Shown: one piece after another, positions 48,136 through 59,053 of the stretch
Layout of the letters: each line of letters opens with the position of its first letter
Numbering within the stretch: position 1 is the stretch's first letter
Assembly (NCBI GenBank): GCA_042573625.1
Contig: JBHPCZ010000002.1
Span: forward strand, 9,896-73,895
Origin: Thermodesulfobacteriota bacterium
GTDB taxonomy: Bacteria > Desulfobacterota > Desulfobacteria > Desulfobacterales > UBA11574
Direction: 5' to 3'
Length of the DNA: 64,000 bases
The notes under the pieces: generated by a model
What the model was told of the DNA's origin: nothing
Seen by the model: only the letters and a program-made list of their open reading frames with translations
Databases searched by the model: none
Position numbers and translations under genes: made by a program

Positions 48136-50793
48136 ATGACACCGAAAGAAGCGAACATAATAAACGACCAGGGACTTGTTTCCGGGAGACTGCAGAAAAG
48201 GGCAACACAGCTCATTTCGCGTTTTTTAAAGGGCGATGAACCTGCTTTTTTGCATCGGCACACACAGATTATAGACAGCTATTTTCGTGAAAGCTTTGAA
48301 ACAAGTCTGGTAGGCCCACGGATGGGCATAAGCGAGAATCCTTACGCCATCATTGCGCTGGGCGGTTACGGCCGAGGAGAGCAATGTATCCATTCAGACA
48401 TCGATCTGCTTTTTCTTTTCGGGAAAAAAATACCGGGTGAAGCTGAAGAACTCATCCGTGAAATGATTTACCCGCTATGGGATCTCGGTCTTGAGGTCGG
48501 GTATGCCACCCGTTCGATGAAAGAATGTACCCGCATGGCGGGCAAGGATTTTGAGATACTGATTCCGCTTCTGGACGCCCGTTTCGTCTGCGGCATGTCT
48601 CATTTGTATACAGACCTTTTGGCAAGGCTTCGACAGGGAATCATTCGCAAACGTTCCAAGAAAATAATTACATGGCTTCTTGACGGCAACCGGGCACGTT
48701 ATGTTCATTTCGGGGACTCATCCTATCTTCTCGAACCCAACCTCAAGGAAGGCCAGGGCGGATTGAGAGATTACCACACCATGTTGTGGATCGCACGCAT
48801 CGAGTTTGACCTGAAGCAGCCGCGGGACCTTGAATATCACGGCTGCCTTTCACACGACGAGTTTAAGGAGTTGGTTGAATCACTTTCATTTATCTGGAAT
48901 GTCCGAAACCGCCTGCACTATTTGGCCGGCAGGAAGTGCGACCAGCTTTACTTTGAATATCAGGAAAAGCTGGCCGATACCCTGCAATTTAAAAAGCTGA
49001 ACGGTCAGCAGCCGGTGGAGAGATTCCTGGGTGAGCTGCACGGTCGAATGGAATACATTAAAGAGCGTCAACAGATGTTTCTTTATGAACGCGGTTATTT
49101 GGAAAAGACAAAACCCGGACGGAAACCTTTAAAAAAGACGAATGTCAGTGGTTTGAAGGTTGAAAAAGACATGTTGGGCTTTGAGTCTCCGGAAGCGATT
49201 CTGCGCACACCAGGCCTTTTGATTGATATTTTTAATGAGCGAATTCGGCTGAAAATCCCCTTGAGCGCGGAGGCCAAACGGCTGGTCAGGGAATTTGCCT
49301 ATCTGATCGGCGAGGATTTTTCAAATTCAGTTTCCGCGGTTCAGTCGTTTGAAAAAATTTTGGCGGCAAGAACGCCAGACTTTAATGTGTTGGACGAGAT
49401 GCTGAGCACCGGCCTTCTGGTGCGCCTTGTCCCTGAGATGGGCGGCATCGTCAATCGGATCCAGTATGATGAATATCATTTTTACCCGGTGGACAAGCAT
49501 CTGCTTCAGACGGTTCAGACCGTAAAAACATTCGATACAGGCGAGGATACCGGTGACGACCCATTGTGCGGGAATCTTTATAAAGAACTCAAAAACAAAG
49601 CATTGCTTCTTTGGGCGACGCTTTTGCACGATATCGGGAAATCAGAGCCGGGCGGGGGGCATTCCGAAAAGGGTGCTGAAATTGTTCGGGCTGTGCTTCA
49701 GAGAAAAGGGTTTGAAATTGAAGATGTTGAAACGATTTCCTTCCTGATCGAAGAGCATTTGCTTTTGGCCAAAACCGCTACTCGAAGAGATGTTTATGAT
49801 GAGGAAACCGCTATCATCTGTGCCCGAAGAATAAAAGATGTTGAGCGTCTGAAAATGCTCTACCTGCTGACGGTGGCAGACGCAATATCCACCGGTCCGA
49901 AAGCATGGAACGAGTGGGTTTCGACCCTTTTGCGGGATCTGTTTCTTAAAGTCCTCAGCATCCTGGAAAAAGGGGAGCTGGCAACCCGTGAAGCTGTCGA
50001 AACCGTTGAGAGAAAAAGAGATGCGGTATTAAGTTCTGCACCCTCACAACCAGACAGACAGGAATTGGAAGCCCTTTTGAACGTCATGTCGCCGCGGTAC
50101 CTCCTGTACACGCCGGAACACGAAATGCTGGAACATTTCGAGCTGTACAAAGATATGGGTTTCGATGAATTTGTCTGGAAAATAACCGAAACCGCTGATT
50201 CGAACACGCGGAAGGTCACCATCTGCGCCAAGGATCGTCCCGGACTCTTCTCCAAGATCTCAGGAGTATTCACTTTAAATGGTCTCGATATTCTCGATGC
50301 CCAAGTGTTCACTTGGCGGAATAATATTGCGCTGGATATTTTTGAAGTCAAACCGCCGCCGGATCAGATTTTTGAAACAGAGATATGGAATCGCGCGGAG
50401 AAACATTTGAATTCCGCGTTGTCAGGCAATTTGGATCTTGAATCTGCATTGAGCGAAAAAGTGTCTGCGTATCGTTCTTCCCGGCGCCTTGCCGGGGAAA
50501 GACCGCATCGCGTGGTTGTGGATAACAGCAGTTCGAGCTTTTTTACGATCATTGAAGTTTTTACTTATGATTTTCCGGGCCTTTTATACAGCATCACAAA
50601 TGCTTTGTTCAGGTGCAGACTGGACATATGGGTGGCCAAAATCGCCACCAAGGTCGACCAGGTGGTCGATGTTTTTTATGTGAGGGATTTTGACGGGCAA
50701 AAGGTGGATCTGCCGGATCAGGTGGAAGCCATCAAATCAGCCGTTGAAGCGGTACTGCTGGATGTCAATTCATCGGAAACCGGTAACAGATGA
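48136..50793 (+). CDS. glnD: [protein-PII] uridylyltransferase/uridylyl-removing enzyme
   Basis: NTase (GGYGRGEQCIHSDIDLLF), HD domain (LLHDIGK), and two C-terminal ACT domains. Confidence 0.95.
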   Translation: MTPKEANIINDQGLVSGRLQKRATQLISRFLKGDEPAFLHRHTQIIDSYFRESFETSLVGPRMGISENPYAIIALGGYGRGEQCIHSDIDLLFLFGKKIPGEAEELIREMIYPLWDLGLEVGYATRSMKECTRMAGKDFEILIPLLDARFVCGMSHLYTDLLARLRQGIIRKRSKKIITWLLDGNRARYVHFGDSSYLLEPNLKEGQGGLRDYHTMLWIARIEFDLKQPRDLEYHGCLSHDEFKELVESLSFIWNVRNRLHYLAGRKCDQLYFEYQEKLADTLQFKKLNGQQPVERFLGELHGRMEYIKERQQMFLYERGYLEKTKPGRKPLKKTNVSGLKVEKDMLGFESPEAILRTPGLLIDIFNERIRLKIPLSAEAKRLVREFAYLIGEDFSNSVSAVQSFEKILAARTPDFNVLDEMLSTGLLVRLVPEMGGIVNRIQYDEYHFYPVDKHLLQTVQTVKTFDTGEDTGDDPLCGNLYKELKNKALLLWATLLHDIGKSEPGGGHSEKGAEIVRAVLQRKGFEIEDVETISFLIEEHLLLAKTATRRDVYDEETAIICARRIKDVERLKMLYLLTVADAISTGPKAWNEWVSTLLRDLFLKVLSILEKGELATREAVETVERKRDAVLSSAPSQPDRQELEALLNVMSPRYLLYTPEHEMLEHFELYKDMGFDEFVWKITETADSNTRKVTICAKDRPGLFSKISGVFTLNGLDILDAQVFTWRNNIALDIFEVKPPPDQIFETEIWNRAEKHLNSALSGNLDLESALSEKVSAYRSSRRLAGERPHRVVVDNSSSSFFTIIEVFTYDFPGLLYSITNALFRCRLDIWVAKIATKVDQVVDVFYVRDFDGQKVDLPDQVEAIKSAVEAVLLDVNSSETGNR

Positions 50794-50851
50794 CGATTAA
50801 CTTTTATTTTTTCACCTAAGAGTAAAACAGATCAAGGAGGAATTACTTTTT

Positions 50852-52147
50852 ATGAAACGGATCAGTTTAATAACAGCCGCAATCTGTCTACTTCTCCCAT
50901 TTTCATCAGCATTTGCTGCGGATGTTTTAGATACCGGTGATACAGCCTGGATGATCGTGGCCACCGCGCTGGTCATGATGATGACGCCGGCAGGTCTGGC
51001 GCTGTTCTACGGCGGCATGTCTCGGTACAAAAATCTTCTCAACACCTATGCCATGACGTTTGTCTCTTACTGCCTGGGCAGTGTCATCTGGATGATGTGG
51101 GGCTATACCATCGCTTTTGGTCCGGACAAGGCCGGCATCATCGGCGGTTTGGATCATCTGTTTATGAACGGAATCGGTGTCAACAGCCTGTCCGGAACCA
51201 TTCCGACATTCGTCTTCGTGCTTTTTCAAATGACCTTTGCAGGAATTACCGTTGCCTTGGTGCTCGGCTCCATCGTTGACCGGATGAAATTTTCTTCATG
51301 GATTGTTTTTGCAATTTTATGGCTGACGTTCATCTATTCGCCCCTTTGCCACTGGGTGTGGGGCGGCGGATGGATGGCGAACATGGGCGCCCTTGATTTT
51401 GCCGGCGGCACCGTCGTGCATATCAATGCCGGGGTTGCCGGTCTGGTCCTTTCGTTTTTCGTTGGTAAAAGAATCGGATACGGAAAGGAAGCCATGTTTC
51501 CGTCAAGCATCTCTTTAACTGCGCTGGGCGCCGCCTTGCTGTGGTTCGGATGGTTTGGTTTCAACGCCGGAAGCCAGCTAGCCGCGGACGGCATCGCCGC
51601 TTCGGCATTTTTGGTGACCAACACGTCGGCGGCCATGGGGGCGCTTTCGTGGATGTTTGTTGAGTGGGTGGTCAATAAGAAACCGACCGTGCTGGGAATT
51701 GCATCCGGTGTCGTTGCCGGGCTGGTGGCGATTACGCCGGCCGCCGGGTTTGTCAATTTTCCTGCTTCTCTGATTATCGGATCGGTGGCGGGGATTCTGG
51801 GTTTTTACAGTGTCGCAGTATTCAAACAGAAAATCGGGTATGACGATTCTCTGGATGCGTTTGGGGTGCACGGCATGTGCGGGATCTGGGGTGCCCTGGC
51901 AACCGGAATCCTGGCGAACCCGGCAATAAACGAAGCCGGCAAGGGATTGCTTTATGGAAATCCAAAGCAGCTCTACATCCAGGTCGTTTCAATTGTCGGC
52001 ACCGCCGTATTTACCGCAATCGGAACCGTCGTGGTGGTTTATCTGACAAAGCTGATTACCGGTGGACTCAGAGTGGATGAAGAGAGTGAGATTGAAGGAC
52101 TGGACAATGCCCTGCACGGCGAAAGAGCATTTGAAATCACCGGATAA
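50852..52147 (+). CDS. amtB: ammonium transporter
   Basis: Signal peptide, 11 TM helices, DFAGGTVVHINAG and FGVHGMCGIWG signatures. Confidence 0.96.
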   Translation: MKRISLITAAICLLLPFSSAFAADVLDTGDTAWMIVATALVMMMTPAGLALFYGGMSRYKNLLNTYAMTFVSYCLGSVIWMMWGYTIAFGPDKAGIIGGLDHLFMNGIGVNSLSGTIPTFVFVLFQMTFAGITVALVLGSIVDRMKFSSWIVFAILWLTFIYSPLCHWVWGGGWMANMGALDFAGGTVVHINAGVAGLVLSFFVGKRIGYGKEAMFPSSISLTALGAALLWFGWFGFNAGSQLAADGIAASAFLVTNTSAAMGALSWMFVEWVVNKKPTVLGIASGVVAGLVAITPAAGFVNFPASLIIGSVAGILGFYSVAVFKQKIGYDDSLDAFGVHGMCGIWGALATGILANPAINEAGKGLLYGNPKQLYIQVVSIVGTAVFTAIGTVVVVYLTKLITGGLRVDEESEIEGLDNALHGERAFEITG

Positions 52148-52190
52148 ACAATGCATTTCAAATTTCGAACAGCATTGCCGGGTTATATAA

Positions 52191-52565
<375 letters not shown>

Positions 52566-52675
52566 TCTGAAGCGGAAAGCGCCGAGTGCATTGCGCAGAG
52601 CGTAAAAAGAAAAAGGAAGGTAATTTTAAAGCTATAAAACTAAGTATTTAAAAACAAAGACGGAGGTAATCTATT

Positions 52676-54088
52676 ATGACACCCAAAGACGTATTGGAAA
52701 TGGCAAAGGAAAAAGGCGCAAGGGTTGTTGATTTGCGCTTTATGGACTTTCCGGGCGTGTGGCAGCATTTTACCGTCCCTTTGAGCGAGCTTGAGGAATC
52801 GAGCTTTGAAGACGGGTACGGTTTCGACGGCTCGAGCATCCGGGGATGGCAGCCGATCCACGCCAGTGACATGTTGGTGGTCCCGGATGCGACAACACCC
52901 AAAATGGATCCTTTTTTCGAAGTGCCGACTCTGGTTCTGATTGGAAACATCGTCGACCCGATCACCCGGGAACCGTATACCCGTGACCCGAGGCATATCG
53001 CGAAGAAAGCGGAAGCATATCTCAAGAGCACCGGCATCGGTGATGTGGCTTATTTTGGTCCGGAAGCTGAATTTTTCATTTTTGATGATATCCGGTTCGA
53101 ATCTTCAAATCACCGGGCATTCTATGAAATCGACTCCAAGGAAGGCATCTGGAATACCGGCAGGGATGAAGAGCCGAATCTCGGTTACAAACCGCGACAC
53201 AAAGAAGGCTATTTTCCTGTGCCGCCCATGGACAAGTATCAGGACATGCGGACGGAAATGCTCCTCACCCTTGAGGATCTGGGGATTGATGTCGAGTGCC
53301 AGCACCATGAAGTGGCCACCGCCGGCCAGGCTGAAATCGACATGGTGTTTAAGCCTTTGCTGGAAATGGGTGATCAACTCGTGTGGTTCAAGTATGTACT
53401 GAAAAACGTGGCAAACAAATACAACCACACCGTGACGTTTATGCCCAAACCGCTCTATAACGACAACGGCACCGGCATGCACACCCATATCAGCATCTGG
53501 AAAGACGACAAGCCGCTCTTTGCCGGTGACAAGTATGCCGGCGTGTCACAGGAGGCGCTGTATGCCATCGGCGGGATTCTGAAACACTGCCGGGCGCTGT
53601 GTGCGATTACCAATCCGACCACCAATTCATACAAGCGTTTGGTTCCGGGGTTTGAGGCGCCGGTTAACCTGGCATACTCCAGCCGGAACCGGAGTTCGGC
53701 CATCCGGATTCCCATGTATTCAGCGTCACCCAAAGCCAAACGGATCGAGTTCAGAACGCCGGATCCGTCATGCAACGGGTACATCGCTTTTGCTGCCATG
53801 CTCATGGCGGCCATTGATGGTATCGAAAATAAGATCGATCCGGGCGACCCGCTGGACAAAGATATTTACGGTCTGCCGCCCGAAGAACTGGCGGAGATTC
53901 CGTCCGCACCGGGCGCTCTGGATGAAGCCCTTGAGGCGTTGGAAGCAGATCATGACTTCCTGCTCAAAGGAGATGTCTTTACCAAAGATGTTATAGACAC
54001 CTGGATCGAATATAAGATCGAAAACGAGGTCAATGCGGTCAAGCTTCGGCCGCATCCGCACGAATTCTTCCTTTACTACGACATATAA
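52676..54088 (+). CDS. glnA: glutamine synthetase type I
   Basis: [23 protein letters not shown], and adenylylation-site region NLYGLPPEE-like (DIYGLPPEE). Confidence 0.97.
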   Translation: MTPKDVLEMAKEKGARVVDLRFMDFPGVWQHFTVPLSELEESSFEDGYGFDGSSIRGWQPIHASDMLVVPDATTPKMDPFFEVPTLVLIGNIVDPITREPYTRDPRHIAKKAEAYLKSTGIGDVAYFGPEAEFFIFDDIRFESSNHRAFYEIDSKEGIWNTGRDEEPNLGYKPRHKEGYFPVPPMDKYQDMRTEMLLTLEDLGIDVECQHHEVATAGQAEIDMVFKPLLEMGDQLVWFKYVLKNVANKYNHTVTFMPKPLYNDNGTGMHTHISIWKDDKPLFAGDKYAGVSQEALYAIGGILKHCRALCAITNPTTNSYKRLVPGFEAPVNLAYSSRNRSSAIRIPMYSASPKAKRIEFRTPDPSCNGYIAFAAMLMAAIDGIENKIDPGDPLDKDIYGLPPEELAEIPSAPGALDEALEALEADHDFLLKGDVFTKDVIDTWIEYKIENEVNAVKLRPHPHEFFLYYDI

Positions 54089-54102
54089 CCTCCCTGCACA
54101 CA

Positions 54103-54140
54103 CAACAGCCCGCTGAATTTCAGGGGGCTGTTGTTATTTT
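54103..54140 (+). terminator. rho-independent terminator after glnA
   Basis: CAACAGCCC / GGGCTGTTG stem followed by TTATTTT. Confidence 0.7.
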
Positions 54141-54238
54141 CCGATTTAAATGAAACTCCCCGCCGCAATCGGACGGGGTATTAAAAATCATAATCAAACA
54201 CCAAAAACTTAATTGCCATTTTTCATGAGCAATTCGGG

Positions 54239-55762
54239 TTAGCGATAATGCCGGTAATCAACACCATATCTCTGGGCCTTGTAGGAAAACTTTCGAACAG
54301 TCGTTTTCAGGAGCTTTGCCGCCAGGGAGATATTGCCCCGGGTATTTTTCAGGGCGTCGATGATCATCTCCCTTTCCAGGTTTGCCAAGGCATCATCCAG
54401 CGATAAAACGGGCAGAGTGTCCGATTCCGTACCGGTCTGTAATGTGGGGGGAAGGTGATAGCTGTGAAGCACGTGTTCTTCGCAAAGAAGTACCGCGCGC
54501 TCGATACAATTTTCCAGCTCTCTCACATTCCCGGGCCAATGATATTCCATGAGCATATCGATGGCAGGTGTGGAAAGCCGTCGAATGTCTTTGTGATTTT
54601 CCTTGGCATACTTTTCGAGAAAGTGATCGGCCAGCAAAAGAATGTCTGTCTTTCGTTCTCGTAAGGGCGGCATGTAAATGGGGAATACATTCAGACGATA
54701 ATAGAGATCATCTCTGAAGTTTTCCGTTTCCACGGCTTCTTCCAGGTTCTTGTTGGTGGCGGTGATGATGCGGACATCTGTTTTCAATGTCTTATGGCCG
54801 CCCACCCGTTCAAATTCTTTTTCCTGCAAGATACGGAGCAGGTTGGCCTGCACATCCAGTCCGATGGAGCCGATCTCGTCGAGAAAAATGGTCCCTTTAT
54901 TGGCCAGTTCAAATTTGCCCGGTTTTTGTTTGATGGCACCGGTAAAGGCACCCTTTTCATGTCCGAACAGCTCACTTTCAATAAGATTGACCGGGAGCGC
55001 GGCGCAATTGACTTTGACAAACGGGCCTTTAACCCTGAGGCTGTTGTAGTGTATGGAGTTGGCAACCAGTTCCTTGCCGGTACCGCTTTCTCCGCGAATC
55101 AGTACCGTGGCGTTACTCTTGGAGACCTGAGATATCATCTGATACACTTCGCGCATCTTGTTGCTGTTGCCGATGATATCTGTAATTCGGTAACGACTTT
55201 CCAGTTCGCCTCTCAGCCGAATATTTTCTTCCCTTAAATGCTCTTTTTCCAGGCGGATCGTTTCCAGGTTGACAACTTGTCTGGCAACCATGGTTGCGAT
55301 AACAGACATGAGCTTTTTCCCTTCCTTCAGGGAATAGGACTCGTCATAAGGCAGGTCGACGCTGAAAGCGCCGATAACCTGGTTCCCTTTTTTGACGGGC
55401 ACACAGATAAAAGAGAGCTCCTGATCCGGCTTGGATTTTCGGGACGCCGTACGATCCAGAAAGAGCGGTTCTTCGCTGATTTTGGGAATGGCCACGGCCT
55501 TGCCGGTTTGAAAAACCCGCCCGGTAATTCCTTCACCCAGTTTATACTTTCCTTTTGCCATGGCACTTCTGGAAAGACCGTGGGCGACTTCGATACTGAT
55601 CTCGTCGCGCAGGGGGTCCAGGAGGGTTATGGTACCCCGCAACATGCCCATCGAGTTTGAGAGAATGTCCAGAACTTTGTAAAGCACTTTCTTAAGGTCC
55701 AGGTGCTCATTAAGCGCCTTGCTGATTTCATAAAGCAAGGTAACCTCTTCGATTCTTTTCAT
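54239..55762 (-). CDS. sigma-54-dependent transcriptional activator, GAF-AAA+-HTH (NifA-like architecture)
   Basis: N-terminal GAF (LYEISKAL...GEGITGRV), [15 protein letters not shown] (GAFTGA), Walker A GESGTGKE, and C-terminal Fis-type HTH. Confidence 0.9.
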   Translation of the reverse strand: MKRIEEVTLLYEISKALNEHLDLKKVLYKVLDILSNSMGMLRGTITLLDPLRDEISIEVAHGLSRSAMAKGKYKLGEGITGRVFQTGKAVAIPKISEEPLFLDRTASRKSKPDQELSFICVPVKKGNQVIGAFSVDLPYDESYSLKEGKKLMSVIATMVARQVVNLETIRLEKEHLREENIRLRGELESRYRITDIIGNSNKMREVYQMISQVSKSNATVLIRGESGTGKELVANSIHYNSLRVKGPFVKVNCAALPVNLIESELFGHEKGAFTGAIKQKPGKFELANKGTIFLDEIGSIGLDVQANLLRILQEKEFERVGGHKTLKTDVRIITATNKNLEEAVETENFRDDLYYRLNVFPIYMPPLRERKTDILLLADHFLEKYAKENHKDIRRLSTPAIDMLMEYHWPGNVRELENCIERAVLLCEEHVLHSYHLPPTLQTGTESDTLPVLSLDDALANLEREMIIDALKNTRGNISLAAKLLKTTVRKFSYKAQRYGVDYRHYR

Positions 55763-56225
55763 GATGAAAACCTTCCACAGCTGTTCAGAGTTGGTTCGTC
55801 AGCCATGCCTTACACCGACTGTCTTGCTGTCTTGACTTCATTTACCGGTTGTTATTTTGGCTTGTCGGGTTAAAAGAACATCTGTATTAATAAATGTTTT
55901 TTACGTATATTTAGTATCGGTTAAATATAACAAATTTGTAATAAATAACAAATGTTTTCTCCTTGATACTCAGATTTCTCTGCCATCATCCACCAAGCAG
56001 GCATTTATATTTAGTATTTCTAATTGTAAGGGCTGAGAATTTAACTGCCGGGAATATTATCGAATCTGTGTGATTACTTAATTTTGATCCAGAGCAACCT
56101 ATCCGTACCCGGCCCCCGGATTTTTCCATTGGGAGGGATCTTCTGAGGTCAGATATATCCCATTCCAGCCACAGGATGCCCATACTTTCCAATGCAGAGA
56201 CAACAGATTGTGGTCCATTGTCAAA

Positions 56226-56939
56226 TCATTCTCGTTTGCCGGCAGGAGGAGTAAGCGCATATTCAACGGCGGCGATGGCATGAATTTTCGCGGTATCAAA
56301 TACGGGAACGGGGCTGTCCTCTTTTTTAACCAGCAACCCGATCTCCGTGCAGCCGAGGATAACGCCTTCAGCGCCCTCCCTGACCATACGCTCGATGATG
56401 CTCATATAGGCTTTTTTTGAAGCCGGTTTGATCGTACCCATGCACAATTCATTATATATTACGCCATGCACGATTTCTCTTTCTTCGGCGGGTGGTATGA
56501 TCACTTCCAGGCCGTAGTTACGCTCGAGTCTGCCCCTGTAAAAATCTTCTTCCATTGTGAATTGGGTTCCTAAGAGCAAAACCGATTTTATCCCCCGCAC
56601 TTTTATCTTTTTAGCCGTAGCGTCGGCAATATGTAACAAGGGGATCTCTATGTGGATTTGAATCTGATCTGCCAGTTTGTGCATGGTATTTGTACAAATC
56701 AGGATGAAATCCGCGCCGCATTTCTCCAGGTTTTTTGCTGCTGCCGTCAATACTTGAGCAATCTGGTCCCATTTCCCCTCATGCTGAAGGTGCTCGATTT
56801 CAGCAAAATCGACAGAATACATGATGCTCTTAGCGGAATGAAGCCCGCCACATTTTGCTCGGGTCTCTTCATTGATGATCCGGTAGTACTCGATGGAAGA
56901 CGCCCAGCTCATCCCGCCGATGAGGCCGATTGTTTTCAT
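56226..56939 (-). CDS. aspartate/glutamate racemase family protein
   Basis: MKTIGLIGGMSWASSIEYY and ILGCTEIGLL motifs. Start taken at 56939. The longer ORF-track N-terminus would overlap pyk. Confidence 0.85.
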   Translation of the reverse strand: MKTIGLIGGMSWASSIEYYRIINEETRAKCGGLHSAKSIMYSVDFAEIEHLQHEGKWDQIAQVLTAAAKNLEKCGADFILICTNTMHKLADQIQIHIEIPLLHIADATAKKIKVRGIKSVLLLGTQFTMEEDFYRGRLERNYGLEVIIPPAEEREIVHGVIYNELCMGTIKPASKKAYMSIIERMVREGAEGVILGCTEIGLLVKKEDSPVPVFDTAKIHAIAAVEYALTPPAGKRE

Positions 56940-56958
56940 ATAGTTTCTCTTTCTTGGT

Positions 56959-58413
56959 TCAAACTGTGACAACCGTAACACTTGGTATATTTTGTTTCGG
57001 GTCGCTGCTGAATCCGCGTACAACAAGAATATGATGCCCCTCATCCGCCAGGTCAAGTTTCTTAACGGTACGCCTGGCAAGCGACCGGAAGTCGTCAAAG
57101 TCGGTCTCATTGGCCGTGACGGGTATGACGCCCCAGAGAAGATTTTCGATGTTGCTGGTTTTGTCATCAGTAGAAATCCCGACGATAGGCGCAGCCGGTC
57201 TCGACGAACTCATGACCGCCACGGACCGGTCATTTTGGGAAATAACCAAAATTGCGCGGACCAGCAGATCACGCGATAGTTGAGCGGTTGACTCTGCAAG
57301 GGCATCCTCAATGGGGATCGGCCGGATACATTCTTCTTCCCGGATCAGGGAACCAAACGCCCCCTGCCGCCAGAGGTATCCTTCTGCCTGACGCGAAACC
57401 ACATCCATCATTTTAACGGATTCGATTGGATAGTCACCGGAAGCCGTCTCGGCGGAAAGCATCACCGCATCTGCACCGCTGCGAACCGCATTGGACACGT
57501 CTGTAACTTCCGCCCGCGTGGGTCGCGGATGGTCGATCATGGATTCGAGCATTTGCGTTGCGACAATCACGGGCTTTCTGTATGACCGGGCCATATCGAT
57601 AAGCTGATCCTGTGCTATGGGGACGGACTGTGGCGGCAATTCAACACCCAGGTCACCTCGCGCCACCATGATCGCATCCGAGCTCTCCATAATTTCTGAA
57701 ATATTTTCGAGCGCTTCCGGCTTTTCTATTTTCGAAACAATAGCGACACGCGCGCCTGATTTCGATACCAGAGCACGGAGATCTTCAATATCCGATCGAC
57801 GGCGAACGAATGAAAGTGCGAGAAAATCAACGCCTAAATCGAGAGCAAACCGTGCATCAACTCGGTCTTCATCGGTAAGTGAAGGGGCTGAGACATTGAC
57901 CCCCGGCAGATTCATCCCTTTGCGATCTCGAAGCACGCCGCCGTTAACCACGCGGCATAAAATTTCGGTTCCATCCACGGATTCCACGCGAAGTTCAAGA
58001 TGGCCGTCGTCCAGAAGAACGCGGCTGCCTTTATCCACGTCACCTGAAAGGCCTTTGTACTGGGAAGGGATCAGGCCGGGCCCCCCTTCCACACTCCGGG
58101 TCGTCACCGTTACGGAATCACCCTCCTCCAATTCTATCTCGCCGTTCATGAAGTTGCCGACCCGTATTTTCGGGCCGCATAAGTCGGCAAGAACCGCAAT
58201 AGGTTTTCCAAGTTTTTCGGATGCGGCACGTACGCGATGATATATTTCTTGATGGCTGTCGTGTGTGCCATGGGACATATTGAGTCTGAATACGTCTGCC
58301 CCGGCCGTGATAAGGCGTTCGATGGTTTTAGCGTCCCTTGAGCTGGGGCCGAGTGTTGCAACGATTTTTGTGCGACGATACTTGAGTTGTTTATAATCGA
58401 TATGGATTCGCAT
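56959..58413 (-). CDS. pyk: pyruvate kinase
   Basis: KIVATLGPS, MVARGDLGVE and ATQMLESM motifs. Confidence 0.96.
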   Translation of the reverse strand: MRIHIDYKQLKYRRTKIVATLGPSSRDAKTIERLITAGADVFRLNMSHGTHDSHQEIYHRVRAASEKLGKPIAVLADLCGPKIRVGNFMNGEIELEEGDSVTVTTRSVEGGPGLIPSQYKGLSGDVDKGSRVLLDDGHLELRVESVDGTEILCRVVNGGVLRDRKGMNLPGVNVSAPSLTDEDRVDARFALDLGVDFLALSFVRRRSDIEDLRALVSKSGARVAIVSKIEKPEALENISEIMESSDAIMVARGDLGVELPPQSVPIAQDQLIDMARSYRKPVIVATQMLESMIDHPRPTRAEVTDVSNAVRSGADAVMLSAETASGDYPIESVKMMDVVSRQAEGYLWRQGAFGSLIREEECIRPIPIEDALAESTAQLSRDLLVRAILVISQNDRSVAVMSSSRPAAPIVGISTDDKTSNIENLLWGVIPVTANETDFDDFRSLARRTVKKLDLADEGHHILVVRGFSSDPKQNIPSVTVVTV

Positions 58414-58490
58414 ATTGAGTTATAGCCTCTAATTTAATGCTGTTTTTTTCGATATTCTGTTATTTCCGTGGCAAACACATATTTCAGCTG

Positions 58491-58877
58491 TTATTTTCCT
58501 TTTTTTTCATCCCCCCATAAAGTCCTATAACCAAAACGTTCAACCCACCACTCCTGATCTGAAATATAGTTTCTGATCTCTTCTGTGGAAAAGGAGAACT
58601 TGTAATGGTTACAGTATTCATAAATGGTCCGGTAGGCAGCGATGATTTTTGTCGTCATTTCTGTGCATTCTTCCTTGGGCTTTTTACATCGGTCCGGGTG
58701 CCATTTTCTGATCAGGCTTCTATAGCTGGTCTTAATTTCCTCCATGGTGGCCTTTTCAGGCAGCTCCAGAAGTATCCTCGCCTCAATAATTTTTTGATAG
58801 GTGTTTATCATCACACACTCCCAGTCTGAACTAACAGATGAGTTTATGTCTCCGCCAAGTTGATTTCGCCGATTCAC
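58491..58877 (-). CDS. small J-domain (DnaJ-like) protein
   Basis: ATMEEIKTSYRSLIRKWHPDR contains the HPD tripeptide. No zinc-finger or C-terminal DnaJ domains. The start may be MINTYQ (58811). Confidence 0.7.
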   Translation of the reverse strand: MNRRNQLGGDINSSVSSDWECVMINTYQKIIEARILLELPEKATMEEIKTSYRSLIRKWHPDRCKKPKEECTEMTTKIIAAYRTIYEYCNHYKFSFSTEEIRNYISDQEWWVERFGYRTLWGDEKKGK

Positions 58878-59053
58878 AGCTGTTTACGGCAAAACACAAA
58901 ACAAAAATAAAACGTCTATGAAAAAAGCTGTAAACTAACCCGAAAAACAGTTATACAAAGGGAGGCGAATGGTCAAGCAATAAAATCGCTTTGCGATCTT
59001 ATATAACGCCCGCCTTAGAGGCGGACTTAATAAAATTATTAAAGGATTGTCAT

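Noticed and set aside
56940-57167. 76-codon N-terminal extension of the racemase ORF
   Set aside because: It would overlap the pyk C-terminus by about 200 nt. The family consensus starts at MKTIGLIGG (56939).
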